Shown: positions 58,443 through 64,000 of the stretch, piece by piece
Numbering within the stretch: position 1 is the stretch's first letter
Layout of the letters: each line of letters opens with the position of its first letter
Assembly (NCBI GenBank): GCA_016707445.1
Contig: JADJHR010000013.1
Span: 12,450-76,449, forward strand
Reading direction: 5' to 3'
DNA length: 64,000 nt
Origin: Rubrivivax sp.
Lineage (GTDB): Bacteria > Pseudomonadota > Gammaproteobacteria > Burkholderiales > Burkholderiaceae_C
Notes under the pieces: generated by a model
Seen by the model: the letters and a program-made list of their open reading frames with translations, nothing else
Database searches by the model: none
What the model was told of the DNA's origin: nothing
Program-made: the position numbers and the translations under genes

Positions 58443-59035
58443 ATCAGCTCCCCGGCGTGCGAATCGGCCTGGTGCGTGCGGCGCATCAGGTGGTCGGCAA
58501 AGGCCGACAGAGTTTCATGCACCACCGTCTGCGGCACCTGCTCGACGATCCGTGCCAGCGTGGCGTCGTCGAGGCCGGCTGCGCGGCCGCTGAGCACCAG
58601 GTGCGGCTCGCAGCCCGCGGCTTGGGCGGCCTGCAGGTCACGCAGGGTGTCGCACACCATCGGCACGCCGGCCAGGGCGACGCCATAGCGGTGCGCGATG
58701 TCGAGCATCATGCCCGGCAGCGGCTTGCGGCAGTCGCAATGGTCTTCGGGTGTGTGCGGGCAGAAGAACACCGCATCGATGCGGCCGCCGCATTCCATCA
58801 ACCGTCGGTTCATGTGCGTGTGCACGGCGTTGACCGTCGCCATGTCGATCATGCCGCGGCCGATGCCGGCCTGGTTGGTGGCCACCACCGCATGCCAGCC
58901 CTGGTGGTTGAGCCGCGCCACCGCGTCCAGGGCACCTTTCACCGGCACCCATTCCTGCGGCGACTTGACATGGTCCTCGCGGTATTCATTGAGGATGCCG
59001 TCACGGCCGTAGATCACAAGCTTGACGGCATGCAT
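58439..59035 (-). CDS. gmhB: D-glycero-beta-D-manno-heptose-1,7-bisphosphate 7-phosphatase
   Basis: 198 aa: HAD motifs plus Zn-binding cysteines (FFCPHTPEDHCDCRKP). 4-nt overlap with plsC. Confidence 0.88.
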   Translation of the reverse strand: MHAVKLVIYGRDGILNEYREDHVKSPQEWVPVKGALDAVARLNHQGWHAVVATNQAGIGRGMIDMATVNAVHTHMNRRLMECGGRIDAVFFCPHTPEDHCDCRKPLPGMMLDIAHRYGVALAGVPMVCDTLRDLQAAQAAGCEPHLVLSGRAAGLDDATLARIVEQVPQTVVHETLSAFADHLMRRTHQADSHAGELI

Positions 59036-59065
59036 GGCGCACCTGAGTCGGGGTGGTGGAGCTGA

Positions 59066-61216
59066 TCAGCCGGCCAGCCGTGACAGGTCGGCCACGCGGT
59101 TCATTGCCGCATGCAGGCCGCGCAGCAGCGCCAGCCGGTTTGCACGCAGCGCGGCATCGTCTGCATTCACCATCACGCCGTCGAAGAAGGCGTCGACGGC
59201 GCCGCGCAGGCCGGCCAGCGCCTTCAGCGACGCGGTGTAGTCACCACGCTCGAAGTCGGCCTGCGCCACTGGTCCCAGGCTGCCCAGGGCGGCGGCCAGT
59301 GCGCGTTCGGCTGGCTCGACCAGCAGGGCCGGGTCCAGCGGCAACAGGGCGCTGTCTTCGCTCTTCTTCAGGATGTTGCCCACGCGCTTGTTGGCCGCCG
59401 CCAGTGCCTGTGCTTCGGGCAGTTCGGCAAAGGCTCGCACCGCCGCCAGGCGCTGCGGCAGCGTGGCCCAGTTGTCGGGGCGCAGGGCCAGCACGGCGTC
59501 GACCTCATGCGCGCTGTAGCCCAGGTCGCGCAGGTAGCCCAGCAGCCGGTCGTACAGGAAGTGCTGCACTTCGGCCTGAGCCTGGCCATGGCTGGCCGGG
59601 AAGGCGTGGAAAGCGGCCGACACCAGCGCCGGCAGCGACAGCGACAGCTGGCGCTCGACCAGCATGCGGATCAGGCCCAGCGCATGGCGGCGCAGTGCAA
59701 ACGGGTCCTTGTCGCCGCTGGGCATCTGGCCGATGCCGAACAGGCCGGCCAGGGTCTCGAGCTTGTCGGCCAGTGCCACCACCACGGCGGCCTGGCCGCG
59801 CGGCAGCGCATCGCCGGCAAAGCGCGGCTTGTAATGATCCTCCACCGCCAGCGCCACGGCCTCGCTCTCGCCATCGTGGCGCGCGTAATAGCCGCCCATC
59901 ACGCCTTGCAGCTCGGGGAATTCGCCCACCATGTCGGTCAGCAGGTCGGCCTTGGCCAGCAGCGCGGCGCGGTCGGCCTGCGCCGCCAGCGCCGCCCCGC
60001 CGAGCTGCTTGGCCACGGTGCGCGCGATGAAGCGCACGCGCTCGACACGCTCGCCCTGGGTGCCCAACTTGCCGTGGTAGACCACCCGGTCGAGACCGGC
60101 CACACGCGATTCGAGCCTGCGCTTGCGGTCCTGGTTGAAGAAGAACTTGGCGTCGGCCAGGCGTGGGCGCACCACGCGTTCGTTGCCCTGGATCACGCGG
60201 GCCGGGTCGGCAGGGCTGATGTTACTGACGATCAGGAAGCGCTCGGTCAGCCGCCCGTCGCCGTCCAGCAGCGGAAAATATTTCTGATTGGCCTTCATCG
60301 TCAGGATCAGGCACTCGGGCGGCACGGCCAGAAACTCCGGCTCGAATCGGCACAGCAGCACGTTCGGCCGCTCGACCAGTGACGTCACCTCGTCGACCAG
60401 CGCGTCGTCGTCGATTGGCTGCAGCCCTTCGTGCGCCGCGGCCACCGACAGCTGGCGCACGATCTCGGCGCGGCGCGCCTCGAAGCTGGCGATCACCGCG
60501 CCCTCGTCGCGCAATTGGTCGGCGTAGCTGTCGGCGTCGCGCAGTTCGATCTCGGGCACCGCGGCTTCGAAACGATGGCCCTGGGTGATGCGCCCTGCGT
60601 TCAGGCCCAATGCGCTGATCGGCACCACGTCGGCACCGTGCAGCGCCACCAGGCGATGCGCCGGACGCACGAAGTTGACGCTGGTCCAGCCCGGCTGGAA
60701 GTCGGGCCCCGATCCGATCTGCAGCTGGTACTGCATCAGCTTGGGGATCGGCAGCCGCGTGATGGCTTCGTTGACCGCTCGATCCAGGCCCACCTGAAGC
60801 GCACGGCCTGCAGCAATTTGGGTGTGAAACAGGGCGTCGGCCTTTCCATCCGACTCCACCGTGACTCGTTCCCGGATGATTTCGGTCCAGTTGGCGTCTT
60901 CTGGGTAGGCGTAGTTCGCAGCCAGCTTCTTGCGCAGCGCAGCTGTGGGCTGGCCCTCGCCGTCCAGCCCGATCTTGGCCGGCATCAACTTGTCTCGCCG
61001 CGTCGATGGTGGTGATACTGAGTAAACGTTCTCGACATGCACGGCCAGTCGTCGCGGCGACGCGTACGAGGTCACACGCGCATCGGCCGGCGCCAGGCCC
61101 TGCGCCTTCAGGCTGTCGGCCAGCACGTCGGCAAAGGCCTGGCCGAGCTTCTTCAACGCCTTGGGTGGCAGCTCTTCGACCAACAATTCGACCAGCAGGC
61201 TTTGCGTGTCGCTCAT
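59066..61216 (-). CDS. glyS: glycine--tRNA ligase beta subunit
   Basis: 716 aa: MSDTQSLLVELLVEELPPKAL..., directly downstream of glyQ. Confidence 0.95.
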   Translation of the reverse strand: MSDTQSLLVELLVEELPPKALKKLGQAFADVLADSLKAQGLAPADARVTSYASPRRLAVHVENVYSVSPPSTRRDKLMPAKIGLDGEGQPTAALRKKLAANYAYPEDANWTEIIRERVTVESDGKADALFHTQIAAGRALQVGLDRAVNEAITRLPIPKLMQYQLQIGSGPDFQPGWTSVNFVRPAHRLVALHGADVVPISALGLNAGRITQGHRFEAAVPEIELRDADSYADQLRDEGAVIASFEARRAEIVRQLSVAAAHEGLQPIDDDALVDEVTSLVERPNVLLCRFEPEFLAVPPECLILTMKANQKYFPLLDGDGRLTERFLIVSNISPADPARVIQGNERVVRPRLADAKFFFNQDRKRRLESRVAGLDRVVYHGKLGTQGERVERVRFIARTVAKQLGGAALAAQADRAALLAKADLLTDMVGEFPELQGVMGGYYARHDGESEAVALAVEDHYKPRFAGDALPRGQAAVVVALADKLETLAGLFGIGQMPSGDKDPFALRRHALGLIRMLVERQLSLSLPALVSAAFHAFPASHGQAQAEVQHFLYDRLLGYLRDLGYSAHEVDAVLALRPDNWATLPQRLAAVRAFAELPEAQALAAANKRVGNILKKSEDSALLPLDPALLVEPAERALAAALGSLGPVAQADFERGDYTASLKALAGLRGAVDAFFDGVMVNADDAALRANRLALLRGLHAAMNRVADLSRLAG

Positions 61217-61217
61217 T

Positions 61218-62147
61218 TCAGGCCGCCTTCTTTGCAGCCTGCTCGGCCAGTCGGGCCGACACCTCGTCGGCCCAGGCGCGCGGCGCCATCGGGAAGCCCA
61301 GGCGCGCGCGGCTGTCGAGGTAGCTCTGCGCCACGCTGCGCGCCAGGTTGCGGATGCGGCCGATGTAGGCGGCGCGCTCGGTCACGCTGATGGCGCCGCG
61401 CGCGTCGAGCAGGTTGAAGGTGTGCGCGGCCTTCAGCACCTGCTCGTAGGCCGGCAGCGCCAGCTGCTGCGTCATCAGATGCTGCGCCTGGCGTTCGTGG
61501 GCGCCGAAAGCACCGAGCAGGAACTCGACATCGCTGTGCTCGAAGTTGTAGGTGCTCTGCTCGACCTCGTTCTGGTGGTAGACGTCGCGGTATTTCAGGC
61601 CGTCGGTCCAGACCAGGTCATAGACGTTGTCCACGCCCTGCAGGTACATCGCCAGCCGCTCCAGGCCGTAGGTGATCTCGCCGGTGATGGGCTTGCAGTC
61701 GATGCCGCCCACCTGCTGGAAGTAGGTGAACTGCGTCACCTCCATGCCGTTGAGCCAGACCTCCCAGCCCAGGCCCCAGGCGCCCAGGGTCGGGTTCTCC
61801 CAGTCGTCTTCGACAAAACGCACGTCGTTGGCACGCAGGTCGAAGCCCAGCGACTTCAGGCTGCCGAGGTACAGATCGAGGATGTCGGTCGGCGCGGGTT
61901 TGAGCACCACCTGATACTGGTAGTAATGCTGCAGCCGGTTGGGGTTGTCGCCATAGCGGCCATCCTTGGGCCGGCGGCTGGGCTGCACGTAGGCGGCCTT
62001 CCAGGGCTCGGGGCCCAGCGCGCGCAAGAAGGTGGCGGTGTGGCTGGTGCCGGCGCCGACTTCCATGTCGTAGGGCTGCAGCAGCGCGCAGCCCTGGGCG
62101 TCCCAGTACGACTGCAGGGTGAGGATGATCTGCTGGAAGCTCAGCAT
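61218..62147 (-). CDS. glyQ: glycine--tRNA ligase alpha subunit
   Basis: 309 aa: [49 protein letters not shown].... Confidence 0.96.
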   Translation of the reverse strand: MLSFQQIILTLQSYWDAQGCALLQPYDMEVGAGTSHTATFLRALGPEPWKAAYVQPSRRPKDGRYGDNPNRLQHYYQYQVVLKPAPTDILDLYLGSLKSLGFDLRANDVRFVEDDWENPTLGAWGLGWEVWLNGMEVTQFTYFQQVGGIDCKPITGEITYGLERLAMYLQGVDNVYDLVWTDGLKYRDVYHQNEVEQSTYNFEHSDVEFLLGAFGAHERQAQHLMTQQLALPAYEQVLKAAHTFNLLDARGAISVTERAAYIGRIRNLARSVAQSYLDSRARLGFPMAPRAWADEVSARLAEQAAKKAA

Positions 62148-62162
62148 GGGGGTCTGCGGCGA

Positions 62163-63737
62163 TCAGGGCCGCGCGGCGAAAACCCTTGATTTTACGGGTC
62201 GGGGCGTGATCGCGATGGCCGCGCAGACCGCCAGCGCCAGCCCGATCAGCGGCCACAGGCCGAACTGCGAGGCCCAGCGGGCAAACGGGGTCAAGCCGTG
62301 CCGCCCTTGAACGCGGCCCGCCAGCACACCCGGGGTGACGGGCGGCAGTTGCGCCAGCACGCGGCCCCGGTGATCGATCACCGCGGTGGCGCCGGTGTTG
62401 GTGGCGCGCAGCATCGGGCGCTGGAATTCCAATGCGCGCATGCGCGAAATTGCCAGGTGCTGGCCGATGGCGATGGTGTCGCCGAACCAGCCGATGTTGC
62501 TGAGGTTGACGAACAGCGTGGGTGATCGTGCCGGGTCGGCAAAGCGCTGCGCCAGCTCTTCGCCGAACAGGTCTTCGTAGCAGATGTTGGGCGCGGCGCG
62601 TTCGCCTTGCACGTCGAACGATGCCGGCACGGGCACGCCGCGCCTGAAGTCACCCAGCGGGATCTGCATCAATTCAGTGAACCAGCGAAACCCCTGGGGG
62701 ATGAATTCACCGAACGGCACCAGGTGGTGCTTGTCGTAGCGGTAGCTGCCGCCAGGCGCGCGTGCGGCAGCGGACAGGCCGACGACCGAATTGGTATAGC
62801 CGCTGTCGAAGTCGCCCAGCGGCACGCCGACCAGCGCGGCCTGTCTGCCCGTCGAAAAGCGCTGCACCAGGCCGGCCCAGTAGCCGGGAGCGAAGCTGTC
62901 CAGCTGGTCGGGCAGCAGCGGCACCGCGGTCTCGGGCGCCACCACCAGGTCGGCGCGGCTGGCAAGCAGCCGGCTGGCCACCCATTGCAGCGTGCCGGAC
63001 ATGCGCTCGAGCGCGAACTTCTCGTCCTGCGCCACGTCGGGTTGCAGCAGGTCCACGCTCAGTTCGCGGCCGGGCTGGGTGAACTCGCCCGGGCCTGTGG
63101 TGGCGGCCACGCCCAGCACCAGCAACGCCATCGCCGGCGCGGCCCAGCGCGCCCGGCCGCGGGCGGACAGTGCCTGCGCCAGGGCGGCGGCCAGCAGTGC
63201 AAGGACGGCCCCGATGCCGTAGACCCCGACCCAGGGCGCCAGGCTGGCCAGCGGCGCGTCGACCTGCGAGTAGCCGCTGGCCACCCAGGGAAAGCCGGTG
63301 AAGATCAGGCCGCGTGCCAGCTCGGCCAGCAGCCAGCAGGCGGCAAACAGCGGCAGGTCAGGCCAGCCGCCGCGGCGCCAGCGGCGGTACAGCGCGGCGG
63401 CCAGCGCCAGGTACAGCGACAGCAGCGCGGCGAGCACGAACACGGCCAGGGCCGCCAGCCAGGCCTGCAGGTGGCCGTAGCGGTGCATGCTGATGAACAG
63501 CCACCACACGCCGGCCAGCAACCAGGCCGTGCCGTAGCACCAGCCCAGCCAGGCGGCATGGCGCGCACCGGAACTGCGGTCGAGCCGCCAGACCAGCACC
63601 GCTGCACCCAGGATCGGCAGGCCCCAGGCCCAGGGCTGCACGAACGCCAGCGTCTGCACGGCGCCCAGCGCCGCGATGGCCAGCGACTCCAGCACGCCCA
63701 GGGCTGGCTGGCGGCGCGGCAGTGGCTTGGGGGTCAA
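62163..63737 (-). CDS. lnt: apolipoprotein N-acyltransferase
   Basis: Multi-TM N-terminus plus CN-hydrolase domain (APNICYEDLFGEE...). Start is probably TTG 63737, overlapping the corC stop (TTGA). Track ORF extends to 63875. Confidence 0.85.
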   Translation of the reverse strand: MTPKPLPRRQPALGVLESLAIAALGAVQTLAFVQPWAWGLPILGAAVLVWRLDRSSGARHAAWLGWCYGTAWLLAGVWWLFISMHRYGHLQAWLAALAVFVLAALLSLYLALAAALYRRWRRGGWPDLPLFAACWLLAELARGLIFTGFPWVASGYSQVDAPLASLAPWVGVYGIGAVLALLAAALAQALSARGRARWAAPAMALLVLGVAATTGPGEFTQPGRELSVDLLQPDVAQDEKFALERMSGTLQWVASRLLASRADLVVAPETAVPLLPDQLDSFAPGYWAGLVQRFSTGRQAALVGVPLGDFDSGYTNSVVGLSAAARAPGGSYRYDKHHLVPFGEFIPQGFRWFTELMQIPLGDFRRGVPVPASFDVQGERAAPNICYEDLFGEELAQRFADPARSPTLFVNLSNIGWFGDTIAIGQHLAISRMRALEFQRPMLRATNTGATAVIDHRGRVLAQLPPVTPGVLAGRVQGRHGLTPFARWASQFGLWPLIGLALAVCAAIAITPRPVKSRVFAARP

Positions 63738-64000
63738 GCGTCTGCGTCTTCGCTGCCGTCGGCCGCACTGCGGTTGACGCGGAACCAGCGCACCGCGCCG
63801 CCGCGCGTCAGCATCACCGTGAAGCGCAGGCCGCCGATCGACACCGTCTCGCCGCGTCGTGGCACCCGGCCCCATTCATGGGCGACCAGGCCGCCGATGG
63901 TGTCGAAGTCGTCTTCGGGCAAGTCGGTGCCGAAGGCGCGGTTGACGGCGTCGATGTCAACGTCGCCGGCCACCCGCTGGCTGCCGTCGGCCAGCGTGTA
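63734..64000 (-). CDS. corC: CorC/HlyC-family (CBS + CorC_HlyC domain) protein, 3' end only
   Basis: ...YTLADGSQRVAGDVDIDAVNRAFGTDLPEDDFDTIGGLVAHEWGRVPRRGETVSIGGLRFTV.... The frame stays open to the window edge. Confidence 0.8.
   Translation of the reverse strand, partial: YTLADGSQRVAGDVDIDAVNRAFGTDLPEDDFDTIGGLVAHEWGRVPRRGETVSIGGLRFTVMLTRGGAVRWFRVNRSAADGSEDADA

Overview
Very GC-rich chromosomal DNA (about 70% G+C by eye, not computed). Gene content and order suggest a betaproteobacterium of the Burkholderiales; this is inference only. I call about 60 protein genes and one tRNA.

Gene order, left to right:
- gatC(partial)-gatA-gatB; a DUF4124 protein; pyrE; xthA; a quinone oxidoreductase; two c-type cytochromes.
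- A URC-type pyrimidine trio: URC1-like GTP cyclohydrolase II paralogue, DUF1688/URC4, upp.
- A BLUF photoreceptor; folE; rsmB-DUF4390-NtrY-like kinase-short NtrX-like regulator.
- tRNA-Phe, followed by a 2.1-kb islet bounded by a duplicated tRNA 3' end. The islet carries only an AbiEi/AbiEii-type toxin-antitoxin (abortive-infection) pair.
- A GNAT acetyltransferase and class II ribonucleotide reductase (nrdJ).
- A 9-kb envelope/osmotic-stress cluster: four BON-domain proteins, DUF1328, two DUF4398 proteins (one fused to OmpA), a long AI-2E transporter, a CHASE3 kinase, a NarL-type regulator and a REC-only protein.
- A metallopeptidase-nitroreductase read-through ORF.
- glgC packed against an NAD-reducing soluble [NiFe]-hydrogenase operon (hoxFUYH) that ends in a truncated hoxW.
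- An MBL hydrolase; a PEP-CTERM protein with a sigma-54-like promoter; a 1036-aa SARP/BTAD-STAND-TPR regulator.
- GST; a CpxP/CpxR/CpxA-like module.
- Housekeeping genes: M20 amidohydrolase, LysE, thiolase, beta-carbonic anhydrase, ivd, YgjP-like peptidase, plsC, gmhB, glyS, glyQ, lnt, corC(partial).

I saw no rRNA, CRISPR array, transposase or intact integrase.

Four conserved genes (gatB, BLUF, folE, nrdJ) are each broken by a single-base indel at a short G/C run. This looks like assembly error rather than real gene decay. The many long antisense ORFs in the track are GC-content artefacts.

Most worth follow-up:
- the tRNA-Phe AbiE islet and its operator
- the URC-like cluster
- the BON/DUF1328/DUF4398 stress cluster
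- the glgC-hox operon with truncated hoxW
- the PEP-CTERM/STAND pair
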